Source: Methanotrichaceae archaeon (GTDB lineage Archaea; Halobacteriota; Methanosarcinia; Methanotrichales; Methanotrichaceae). From it: 64,000 nucleotides of DNA. The notes below the pieces were generated by a model that did not search any database, had not been told where the DNA came from, and saw nothing but the letters and a program-made list of their open reading frames with translations. The stretch is taken from NCBI GenBank assembly GCA_963803145.1, contig CAWDLW010000011.1, positions 20,861 to 84,860 on the forward strand, read 5' to 3'. Numbering within the stretch: position 1 is the stretch's first letter; every line of letters starts with the position of its first letter. Made by a program: the position numbers and the translations under genes. Of this stretch, positions 42,087 through 51,282 are shown one piece after another.

Positions 42087-42372
42087 TTCATTTCATGCCC
42101 CTCCATGATATAACCGTGCTTGTCAAGAGAAAAAACAGGAAGACGGCAAGGCAATAGGCGGTAAGGTAGCAGCACATGATATGAGGCTGAGGGGATTTCT
42201 TGCCCTTAATGAGTTCATCTAATGTAGAACTCTTATATCGCAAGGAGTCGGTCCAGCTTTCTTACATTCTGGTATAGTAATCCCAAAGATAGCTTTCCAG
42301 AGGCCAAGATAAGATAGGCATTAGCGTTTGAAGCCTCTGAGGAATATAGCAAATCAAAGCGAGGAGCCGATA

Positions 42373-42624
42373 ATGACTTGTGATCGTTGCACTAGAGCAC
42401 CTGTTGGTGCATGCGTAGGCGAGGCGTTCTGTGCCGCCATCCATCTGACTGATGAGGATGCCTGCGTGCTGGCAGCTGATGACTGCCTTTCCTGGTGGCA
42501 GAAAAGAGACATTGAGATAAAAATAGATGATACACTCTGGATGATGTCCGAGCAGAGAATAAACGAGTTGTCAAACGACCCAAAGATAGCCAGAGCGTAT
42601 CTTGCAGATAGGATTATTGACTGA
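42373..42624 (+). CDS. Small Cys-rich hypothetical protein
   Basis: GAGGAG RBS, then MTCDRC...C...C. Confidence 0.5.
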   Translation: MTCDRCTRAPVGACVGEAFCAAIHLTDEDACVLAADDCLSWWQKRDIEIKIDDTLWMMSEQRINELSNDPKIARAYLADRIID

Positions 42625-43063
42625 ATGGTTTCCGGGTGTTTCTCAATTTTCTCGGAACTATTCTAGTAGAAGACTTCATTAAATACTCTTTTATACAATT
42701 TGGAGTTTCTAACACTATGAATTCTGCATCTATATCCCGCTAACTACGCCTGGTTCTCCTAATTCTTTTAGGCGATTAGTAGTGGGGACCATGTAAATTA
42801 CTATCTGCGGATTTCCCTTTCAGCCTTGCTATGAGCGTTTCATCTGCCATTAGTTCTCACCTTATCATCAAATACGCACCAAACTTTAATTTGCAGCAAT
42901 ACCTGAGGCAGATAGCTGAGTATATCGAATCATAGTGGAATCATCACTGTGGTTAACGTGGAGAAGATACTCAAACAAACTCGTGATATACAAGATATAC
43001 AAAAATAGATAACGGCTATTCGATTACTGAATAGCCTCTCAAGCGTTTACAGCCCTCAATAGA

Positions 43064-44326
43064 TTACCAATGCCTGACAGTATGTGGCTTACGAAGGCCT
43101 GGTTTGCTCATGCTCTCCTGCCTGAAACTTCTAGATAAGGTCCTCGATCTATTCGGAGCCGGCTCTGCTGCTGCACCCACAGCGTTCTTTGCCCGTTCTG
43201 AATGATACTGGTGCTCCATGAGCTCTATTCTCGTCTGTGTGAGCCTCTCGATGCTGCGAAGGATGTTGCGTTCATCTGCCGCGCAGAAAGAATACGCTGT
43301 GCCTTTTGCGCCAGCGCGTCCCGTACGACCGATACGATGAACATAGCTCTTAGGCTCGTTAGGCAGATCGTAATTTATAACATGGGATATGCCGTCGACA
43401 TCAATGCCACGTGCAGCAATATCTGTTGCGATGAGCACCTGTAAGCGGCCTGATTTGAAATCATGCAGGGCCTTTGTGCGCTGGTTCTGCGATTTGTTGC
43501 CATGAATTGTATTGGCTCTGATATGGTCCTTGATTAGCATCAGCTCAATCTCATTCGCACGATGCTTCGTGCGTGTAAACACTAAAACGCGCTTCAGATC
43601 TCCCTGCTTCAGAAGCCCCAGCAACAGAGGATACTTCTTGTTCTGATCCACAAAAAAGACATGTTGTCCGATACACTCTAGCGTACTAGCCTGCGGAGCT
43701 ACCTCGACATGTATTGGATCAGTGAGGAGTTTCTTCGCAAACTCGTTTGTCTCCGGCGATATTGTGGCAGAGAAGAAAAGCGATTGACGCTTCCGTGGCA
43801 ATGCAGCGACGATCTTGCGAACATCTTTGATAAAGCCCATATCGAGCATCCTGTCTATTTCGTCGAGAACGAAGAACTCGACGCCCTTCAGCTTAATGTA
43901 GCCCTGGTTCATCAGATCGAGCAGCCGACCGGGGGTGGCGACGAGGATATCGACGCCCCGGGAGAGCATCTTGACTTGAGGCACTTGACTGACACCACCG
44001 AATATGACCATATGTCTGAATCGAAGAAACTGGCCATATGTGGCAAAGCTCTGATCTATCTGTGCTGCAAGTTCTCTTGTTGGTGCGAGCACAAGTACGC
44101 GCGGAACTCCAGGAGTAGGAGCCTTAAGCTCCTCGGACATCCTCTGGAGTATGGGCAACACAAACGCTGCTGTTTTGCCGGTGCCTGTCTGAGCGATGCC
44201 CATAAGGTCCTTGCCCTCTAGAAGATGTGGTATGGCTTGCATCTGTATTGGCGTTGGTGTTGTGTATCCTTCTTTGACTAGTGCCCGCTGTAGCGGATCT
44301 ATAATATTTAGATTTTCAAATGACAT
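43064..44326 (-). CDS. DEAD-box RNA helicase (RhlE-like)
   Basis: Q motif, AQTGTGKT, PTRELA, TPGRL, DEID, SAT, ARGID, HRIGRTGR. Confidence 0.93.
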   Translation of the reverse strand: MSFENLNIIDPLQRALVKEGYTTPTPIQMQAIPHLLEGKDLMGIAQTGTGKTAAFVLPILQRMSEELKAPTPGVPRVLVLAPTRELAAQIDQSFATYGQFLRFRHMVIFGGVSQVPQVKMLSRGVDILVATPGRLLDLMNQGYIKLKGVEFFVLDEIDRMLDMGFIKDVRKIVAALPRKRQSLFFSATISPETNEFAKKLLTDPIHVEVAPQASTLECIGQHVFFVDQNKKYPLLLGLLKQGDLKRVLVFTRTKHRANEIELMLIKDHIRANTIHGNKSQNQRTKALHDFKSGRLQVLIATDIAARGIDVDGISHVINYDLPNEPKSYVHRIGRTGRAGAKGTAYSFCAADERNILRSIERLTQTRIELMEHQYHSERAKNAVGAAAEPAPNRSRTLSRSFRQESMSKPGLRKPHTVRHW

Positions 44327-44564
44327 TTTTTCCATCTCTGTTATTGATGATGCTCTCTGTTTTGGTTGAAGCGTTATGGAGCGGATCCGAAAAGACATCA
44401 AAGATACCGTTTTTATTAACGATACCTCTCGGATATGTCTCGCCTCTGAGAACGAGTTGAATCTTATCTGCTGCTATGCATTCCCGAGGATGCTTCAACC
44501 GGATGCAGAGGCACTTCATGGAGATTGTAATTATGCTAGAACAAAGTGATACTATAATACTCAA

Positions 44565-44731
44565 ATTATAATAACCAATTCGTTTTTATATCGCCTTGGC
44601 ATTCCTGGCGATATACAGGCCCGGGTCCGTCTATTTTGAAGAACCTGGGTATGACATCTACAATCTGAACAGGTCACGATTATCTTTTTTGGACCTTTAT
44701 TGAAGCCGTCTCTGCTTTTTCCAAATCTCAT
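44565..44731 (-). pseudogene. Degenerate CxxC-x17-CxxC gene, copy 3
   Basis: MRFGKSRDGFNKGPKKIIVTCSDCRCHTQV, then frameshifted FKIDGPGPVYRQEC. Preceded by the same leader at 44753-44809. Confidence 0.7.
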
Positions 44732-45062
44732 TTATTCTTAGTACCTTTCGTTTCGATTTCAAAGAATCGATCGCGCCACAAAAACATCTCAACAATTTTT
44801 CTGAATCAATGCAATGCAGCCACCTCTAGACATGTTTTATTGACTATATAGCTGTCGGTCGAAAATAATAGAATATAAGGCCATGCTTCTGAGTGGGAGT
44901 TACCTGATATCCTGGAAGATTGTAGAAAAACAATTTGGAACTGTAGCCATCTTAGCGTAATCACTGGCATGGCGATAGAGATTATCACAAAGATAATGTC
45001 CCGCACATTTTAACCAACAGGTATATCATCCAGAGAGATCATCTAAGCATGCTGCATTTGCG

Positions 45063-45119
45063 TCGATTCAAAGAAATTTGTTGAGATGTTTTTGTGGCGC
45101 GATCGATTCTTTGAATCGA
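45063..45119 (+). promoter_or_regulatory. Conserved 5' leader hairpin, copy 2
   Basis: Same 12-bp inverted repeat and near-identical interior as 40658-40715. Confidence 0.6.
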
Positions 45120-45140
45120 TACAAAAGGTAAGTGAATTAA

Positions 45141-45341
45141 ATGTTCGAGAGAAAGTATGGAAGCAGCAGTGGCGGCAGCAGAGGCGGCTACAGCAGCGGT
45201 CCGAGAGAGATGCATGATGCAACCTGTGCAGAGTGTGGAAAGCAGACTCAGGTCCCCTTCAAGCCAGATGGAACAAGGCCCGTTTACTGCAGTGAGTGCT
45301 ATCAGAAGCATAAGCCTGCAAGGCCACCCAGAAGATACTAA
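45141..45341 (+). CDS. CxxC-x17-CxxC domain protein, copy 2
   Basis: 66 aa, differing from copy 1 at only a few residues. Confidence 0.9.
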   Translation: MFERKYGSSSGGSRGGYSSGPREMHDATCAECGKQTQVPFKPDGTRPVYCSECYQKHKPARPPRRY

Positions 45342-45630
45342 ACCGATTTGATTATTGCTTAATCGATCTGTTTTAGCCAGACTACATCCGCAACAGCGGA
45401 ATAGGTGATGCGGGGCGGTCTTATGCCCTGCACATTTTTGCTCCTCGCGGTCTTTGCGGCTCTACGAAAAGCTATTATGATGCATATGGTTTGCAGACTG
45501 GGCTGAAGACGAAAATATAATAAACGGAATATTTAATCCAGGCGGAAGACGGCTTCATCATTGCATTCATAGTTGAGAGACGTCTTGTGCTGGGTGGTTT
45601 TGCATCTAATATGGGTGTCAGTCCAAGATA

Positions 45631-45974
45631 ATGGAGGAATCTAAATTAAGCAATCCCTTATTCCAGAAATGAAGAAGCTTGATGAAATAGTCTCAGAGTT
45701 GAGGCTAAGAGGAAATGTAGTGCTGCTGAACCGCCCGACGCGATGGGGCTATGTCGTGGACGCTGTAATCCCCTCGTCAAAGGTAGTCATTTTGAAGATG
45801 CCAGACCTGGTAAGGCAAGGCAAAGTGGCACTGAGCATGCTCAGGGATTTTACCCAAAGGCTTGAAGGCGACGGATATAGAGTCCTCATAGTACCTAAAA
45901 GAAACATGGACACAGAGCAGATAAACGCCTTCTGTGATCAAGTCCCAGTTGAACCAGCTCTTGCTGCTGCATAA
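45631..45974 (+). CDS. Hypothetical protein, paralog 2 (1-nt deletion near the N-terminus; intact from ATG 45669)
   Basis: MEESK start at 45631 is out of frame with the body; 344 nt versus 345 nt in paralog 1. Confidence 0.65.
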
Positions 45975-46171
45975 ATAAGCTAGAAATTAATGTAGAGAAA
46001 GTGCGGGCATAGCCTGCCGAGTAGAGAGTTGTCTGAAATCCGTCTCCTGTGTTTTTCTGGTTTCTTGGAACGGAACAATTCTGATTATAGCTGTCTCCAT
46101 CAGGCGCTCTATGTAAGATCGAACGGGCCTGATTATCATTTGTATTCATGGGATATCATCCTTTTCATCAA

Positions 46172-47222
46172 GTGAACTACCCTACCCTGAATGGTAGGGC
46201 TTCCCACTTCATCGCCAAAACTTGCATCACAGAAATGTGATGTAGAGGTTTTGGTTCTATGGGCACTGTGGGCTGTTCCATCCCTGCTACGAGTATGTTT
46301 CTGGAAGCATTGTAGTCTCTATCACATGTGAACCCGCAATAAGGGCACTCATGCGCTCTGTCAGAGAGATCTTTTCTCACAATGCTTCCACAATTGGAGC
46401 ACTTCTGAGTGGTATTCCTGGGATCTACTTTGATCAGCCTTCGACCAGCACTTTCAGCCTTGTACGAAAGCATGAATATGAATTTGGACCAGGCAGCATC
46501 ATGGATGTTCCGGTGCATGCCTTTGTTATGTCCTTTTTCCTTCAGGCCCTTGACATCCAGATCTTCAACGCAGACGTTATCATATTTATTGATATATGAT
46601 CTTGATAGCTTATGCAGGAAGTCATCTCTCTGATGACCAACTCTGGCATGGATATTCCCTATTTGTTCCTTGATCTCCTTCCGGTTGTTAGATCCTTTCT
46701 CACATCTGGCAAGCTTCTTCTGATATCTGGCTAACTTCTTAGCTGATTTCTCAGAATATCTTGGATTCTCGATAGAATTGCCATTAGAATCTACAACGAA
46801 AGATGTCAGACCAATATCTAAGCCTATAGATCTCCCAGCTTCAGGCAAGGGTTCAGGTTCCTGGTCTGCCTGGACGATGGCAAACCAGAGCCTTCCTTCT
46901 CTCTTGATGATGACAGCTTTGATACAGCCTTTGATCTTTCGATAGAGCTTGACCTTGATACCGTTCTCTCTGGCTTCGTTCATCTTCTCAAGAAGTTTAT
47001 TATATAGCCATCTACAAGCATCCAGGGCTTCGGCTAACTTTTGCTGAGTTGCCTTATCAGGAACTATGGGATACTTGTAGCTGATAATCATTGAATCCTA
47101 CTTACTGTAATTTATCTTTCATATTGATTACCCATGCGGCGTGAAAGTAAAAGGGAGGACTCCGCTTTCATCCCCGGCCTGAAGACCGGGGACTTCCCGC
47201 TCGTCCTCTCCACTCCTACGAG
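46172..47222 (-). mobile_element. IS200/IS605-family (IS1341-type, tnpB-only) element
   Basis: Left-end hairpin CCCCGGTCTTCAGGCCGGGG follows TTTAA. Right-end hairpin CCCTACCATTCAGGGTAGGG is followed by TAGTTCAC. Confidence 0.85.
46177..47091 (-). CDS. tnpB: TnpB RNA-guided nuclease with an in-frame internal deletion
   Basis: RuvC motifs GLDIG, VEDL and DRDYNA with a CSNC/CPYC zinc finger. Only 304 aa; ENGIK is joined directly to VKLYR. Confidence 0.85.
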   Translation of the reverse strand: MIISYKYPIVPDKATQQKLAEALDACRWLYNKLLEKMNEARENGIKVKLYRKIKGCIKAVIIKREGRLWFAIVQADQEPEPLPEAGRSIGLDIGLTSFVVDSNGNSIENPRYSEKSAKKLARYQKKLARCEKGSNNRKEIKEQIGNIHARVGHQRDDFLHKLSRSYINKYDNVCVEDLDVKGLKEKGHNKGMHRNIHDAAWSKFIFMLSYKAESAGRRLIKVDPRNTTQKCSNCGSIVRKDLSDRAHECPYCGFTCDRDYNASRNILVAGMEQPTVPIEPKPLHHISVMQVLAMKWEALPFRVG

Positions 47223-47404
47223 TTAAAGATACACTAATAATCATAACCATTTGCCAAGCCTACGAATGAACTCTTGGTCTCCACGATTTGGGTATATGGT
47301 AAGAATCGCATAGTATACCAGCATAATTGTCGGTTGATGATCTGAGGAGCATTTTATGAGATAAGGATAGATGCGTCGATGCTACTTTACCGTTGGCCGA
47401 GGCC

Positions 47405-47755
47405 TCAATCTAAAGGTACATCATCTGCGAGGATCTGATCGATCAGATCCATCATTGGCTGAATCTGCTTTTGCAGAATATCCCAAAGTATCTCCTCATC
47501 CAAGCCGAAGTATCTGTGGACGGAGATGTCTCTTTAGCCCGCTATCTTGCGCCATGGAACTTTGGGATAACGTTCTCTTACTACCAGAGGGATGTGCTTG
47601 GCGGCTTCGCCTAAGATTACAAGATTAAAAATTACAGCATCATAAGTTCTTTCGTCTGAAGCTAACTGATCAAAATCGATACCTTCAGTATAACGCAATA
47701 GCTTCTCGCAGGAAGTCCGCATATCCTCAAGATACAGCAGATAATCCCTAAACAT
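47405..47755 (-). pseudogene. HepT/DUF86 HEPN toxin with a premature stop
   Basis: PWRKIAG*RDISVHRYFGLDEEILWDI: TAA at 47534-47536 falls just before the RX4HXY motif, and the frame continues to TGA at 47405. Confidence 0.85.
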
Positions 47756-48035
47756 AGAGGGCCTCTCTCTCTATCTGTGTCTTGAGCCTGGGCCTGATGG
47801 ACTTGCGGGTGACTAAATCTACAGGACGCCCCAGCAGATCCTCGAGGAAGAACTTAAGATCCATGTACCCGTTGAATGTGGCGGAGTCCCGGAACTCAAC
47901 CAGGATGTCTACATCGCTATCCCGCCGGGCTTCATCCCTGGCAACTGACCCGAAGACTGCTAGAGTCTTCACCCCCATCCGGGTCAGATCATCTCGATGA
48001 ACGGCTAGCATCTGTAGGATCTCTGATCTCGTCAT
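47748..48035 (-). CDS. MNT-family nucleotidyltransferase antitoxin
   Basis: [31 protein letters not shown]. Confidence 0.9.
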   Translation of the reverse strand: MTRSEILQMLAVHRDDLTRMGVKTLAVFGSVARDEARRDSDVDILVEFRDSATFNGYMDLKFFLEDLLGRPVDLVTRKSIRPRLKTQIEREALYV

Positions 48036-48102
48036 GGTCCTCTCAAAGATTACTATAGAGATCTTTGATATAAATGGCTTTTGAAGTTCATATTCAAGGC
48101 TG

Positions 48103-48325
48103 CATGATGTCCGGCTTCATAGAGGAGATGCTTGGAGCGGTAATGATAGACTACAAGAAGCTCGACAATCGCCACTGTCAGATGGAGAAGATCCTAGCCG
48201 ACAAGACCATCAGAATCACCAGCGAGCTTGGAACCGATGTCTCATTCAGCTTCGAGGGCAGGTAGTTCGTGATAGATAACTGGGCCCTATCTCTGCCAAG
48301 GGCTGCACGGTAATGTGCCCGCCTT
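48103..48325 (+). pseudogene. M29-type aminopeptidase fragment
   Basis: IDYKKL...TIRITSELGTDVSFSFEGR*, with further stops. Confidence 0.5.
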
Positions 48326-48326
48326 G

Positions 48327-48545
48327 AAGAACTGATACGATAGCTTCCACCGGGACTCCATCATGAGGTAGAGAACTTTATTAACCTCCTGATCGAGAAG
48401 CGGGCTAGAGAGCCCAAAGGGGATCTGAAGTTTGATTGGATTGGAGCATTGCAGGATATGAGTGATCATTATTCATCCGTGGAACTCTAACATAAGATTC
48501 TTGACAATTGGGACGACGAGGAAGATGTACCTTCTTGATACTCGA
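48327..48545 (+). pseudogene. DUF2281-like antitoxin and PIN toxin remnant
   Basis: ELIR*LPPGLHHEVENFINLLIEKR...LKFDWIGALQDMSDHYSSVEL*HKIL overlaps a truncated MYLLDT. Confidence 0.6.
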
Positions 48546-48602
48546 ACAAGCTCTTTAAGATAAAATATAGAATGAACCCTCGGCACAGAGTCGGAATATC
48601 GA

Positions 48603-49130
48603 ATGAATTGGATGGATATCTATAAAAAGTTCATTTCGTATTTATCCTTTATGCAATCGATTAAGCTAGAGTTTCCTGAACCGTATAAACATGAACACCC
48701 TCCTGTCTGCGATGCCATCGAGCTTTTTGAAAAACAACTCACCTTTAGCCAGAGGGCAGCAGACTGGGTTGCTGAGACAGTTGGATCATGGAAATTCATT
48801 TTTTTGCAGACTATCGTATTTGGTGTTTGGATTTTGATGAATATTACAGTTTGGTTTTACCATTGGGACCCTTACCCTTTTATTTTGATGAACCTGGTTC
48901 TATCTCTGCTGGCATCCTATGCAGCTTCGATCATCTTGATCAGTCAGAATCTTCAAGAAAAGCGTGATAGGATCGAATCACGCCAACACTGTTTGGTCAA
49001 TGAAAAAGCTGAAGAAGAGGCCCGTGTAATCTTGGACCATTTGACCGCTCAGAATAGAGCCTTAGCTGCTATTTATGAGACGTTGAAAGAGCTTCAGATA
49101 AATGCCGATAAAGCAAATTTAAGGCCCTAG
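48603..49130 (+). CDS. DUF1003 membrane protein
   Basis: QRAADWVAETVGSWKFI, WDPYPFILMNLVLS. Confidence 0.88.
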   Translation: MNWMDIYKKFISYLSFMQSIKLEFPEPYKHEHPPVCDAIELFEKQLTFSQRAADWVAETVGSWKFIFLQTIVFGVWILMNITVWFYHWDPYPFILMNLVLSLLASYAASIILISQNLQEKRDRIESRQHCLVNEKAEEEARVILDHLTAQNRALAAIYETLKELQINADKANLRP

Positions 49131-49202
49131 TTGATTGCCCACATTGAGTGATGAATATGCCTAGCGCCGGAAATTCTATTCATATCTCCTTACGCCTTGT
49201 CC

Positions 49203-49427
49203 TTATATGTAGGTTCCACCCCTTTTCCAGACCATGAGACCGTTGTTGTTCCTAATCAGGCTGTAGCCTAGCTTTCTAAGTTCGGTACGTACACGATCAG
49301 TTTTAAATCCTAAATTATCGGCGATAGTCCGAATCTCTCTGCGGTCATATACGAAAAATTTGAATCTGTCATTCCTTGAAAGATATGTATTGAGATCTAC
49401 TGACTGCTGCTTGTTTCGTTGAGCCAT
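49203..49427 (-). CDS. Small basic hypothetical protein (possible HTH)
   Basis: 74-aa ORF with GAGGGG RBS, downstream of the RHH gene. Confidence 0.5.
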   Translation of the reverse strand: MAQRNKQQSVDLNTYLSRNDRFKFFVYDRREIRTIADNLGFKTDRVRTELRKLGYSLIRNNNGLMVWKRGGTYI

Positions 49428-49462
49428 TGCTTTCGCCCCTCTCTGATTTGCTTACTTGGTCG

Positions 49463-49615
49463 CTACTCGATCTTCACACTGCGCCTCTCGAAAAACTCTT
49501 TTAAGGCTTCCTCTACAACCTCGCTTTGAGCACGCATGCTGTTCTTGGTTTGTGCTGTATATACCTTCAGGGCTCTGGCTATCGGTTCTGATAGGGTCAA
49601 TGTAGTTTTAGGCAT
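49463..49615 (-). CDS. Ribbon-helix-helix (CopG-like) protein, 50 aa, absent from the ORF track
   Basis: MPKTTLTLSEPIARALKVYTAQTKNSMRAQSEVVEEALKEFFERRSVKIE. Confidence 0.65.
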   Translation of the reverse strand: MPKTTLTLSEPIARALKVYTAQTKNSMRAQSEVVEEALKEFFERRSVKIE

Positions 49616-49651
49616 TTATTCACAAGTTTATTGGACTCTGTATATATATAT

Positions 49652-49687
49652 AGCTTTTGGTACTAAAGAATTTAGGTACCAAAAGCT
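49652..49687. promoter_or_regulatory. Palindromic operator between divergent TATA boxes
   Basis: AGCTTTTGGTAC-N12-GTACCAAAAGCT, flanked by TATATATATATA and TTTATTTAAA. Confidence 0.6.
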
Positions 49688-49831
49688 TTTTATTTAAAGA
49701 TATCGTACTAGAAGTTAGTGGATGGCGGCACAGAATCAGTCAAGGAATCAAAGACTTTTGCCAGCGGTTTTGTCCTGACTGGCCATCCCATTAATGTTTT
49801 GAATATGTACTCCGGGCGAGGAGGGTATCAG

Positions 49832-50062
49832 ATGAAGATTGTTGATTCATGGCCTCAAGTAGATGGAGCGGTGCGGTACCTGCTGAGAGATGGACATGGA
49901 AAAATCACCGTAGATGTAAAAGACAAAGAGATGACAGGGTTCACACGTCATGGGTATGAAGGAGATGAGGATAAGGCACTGAAGAAGGCATTTAAGTTCC
50001 TGGATTCAAAGAGAGCCATCCATGCAGCCTGTAAAGCGCGCTCCTCCGGAGTTATAGGATAA
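49832..50062 (+). CDS. Small hypothetical protein
   Basis: GAGGAGGG RBS before ATG 49832 (MKIVDSWPQ...). Confidence 0.45.
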   Translation: MKIVDSWPQVDGAVRYLLRDGHGKITVDVKDKEMTGFTRHGYEGDEDKALKKAFKFLDSKRAIHAACKARSSGVIG

Positions 50063-50359
50063 CCTAATCTTAGCTTTATTCACTCTTGCAAATCACTATC
50101 GTAAATGAGATGAAATTGTTGGAGGAAAAAATGGTAGAAAGCGAATGCATATTATGCGGTAGCCTAATTGCCGCTGGGCGGTTTGTTGTCCCTGGCGCTT
50201 GGATATGTAGCCTGTGTGTAACTCATCTTGAAAAGCCTTTAGATTGGAACCCAGTGGGTTGCCACGCTTAGGTCATGGCACTGAAAAAATCAAAAACTCC
50301 TCCTGTTGGGGAGTTCGTTATAATCCTCACCTTCTAATAAATGCTATCAACTTTATCAT

Positions 50360-50598
50360 CCCATATTCCGCAGTATTGATTTTCAAAATCTATAATTTTC
50401 ATGAAACTTAGGTCAAATTAATATTTACAATTTGCTGGTCAAATCGTTATTTCACACAAAAAAGAGGTGCCGAGATAACTGGCTGAAATAGTTTCTATTT
50501 TTCAAGTTGTTTACTTAAATTCGTTATTAGGATTCAATGTGCAAATTTAAATTAGTTTGAAAATTATTTTTGCTTGAAATGAAAGTGCGGAATGTGGG
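50360..50598. mobile_element. MITE, 239 bp, copy 2
   Basis: CCCATATTCCGCAGT...AGTGCGGAATGTGGG with a 5-bp target duplication ATCAT at 50355-50359 and 50599-50603. Confidence 0.9.
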
Positions 50599-50869
50599 AT
50601 CATTATGTAAATGCAATATTCGAAAGTTTGCATCAGATTACAAGATTGCAGTTCCCGAGGCATTAAGCCTGAAATATCCTGAAAATCCAGGTATCGGAGG
50701 ACGCGTGGGGAAGGCTGCTCTACAATCGTCGGAGCTGGTCTTGCAGGCCACCATAGTTCGTAAGGCTCCAAGGGCGATAAGCAGTTAGGCAGAAAAGAAA
50801 TTCAGCCTATTTTGGGCAGTTTTGACAGTTGAATAATTTGGTATGTGCTAATAACAGAAAGGTCTGAAT

Positions 50870-51143
50870 AACAGAGATGCTGAAAAGTTCCTGGATTTCG
50901 GTGAGAAACATCCCTGGTTCTATCTGAGGTTTGAAAAGGTCGCTTTGCAGCTAATCGCCCAAGGCCGAAATCATTACTCTGCCTATGCTATTCGCGATTA
51001 TCTACGCATGGAAGCTGAGCTTAGATGACTCGTTAGATTTCCCGCCGTTCAAGTTGAGCAACAAATTCAGAAAAGGACTTGCGCTAAAGTCTGTCAAGAA
51101 ACACCCTCAGTATAAGAACTTCTTTTGTTTCTGCGATATCTGA
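50870..51143 (+). pseudogene. Degenerate phage-type hypothetical protein
   Basis: HPWFYLRFEKVALQLIAQGRNHYSAYAIRDYLRME, then frameshifted FKLSNKFRKGLALK...HPQYKNFF. Confidence 0.5.
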
Positions 51144-51282
51144 TAATGGTCTACAATTAAGAAGAACCGGATAATCTTTCTGACGACCCAAAACCACAGC
51201 GACGCGGGTACTATTGAGGAACCTGAAAGACCGGATGTCTGCCCAACTTGCAAAAAAGAAAAGCTAAAATGGGGGGGAGGAC

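Noticed and set aside
50570-50788. ORFs starting or ending in MITE copy 2
   Set aside because: They are created by the MITE junction and lack protein features.
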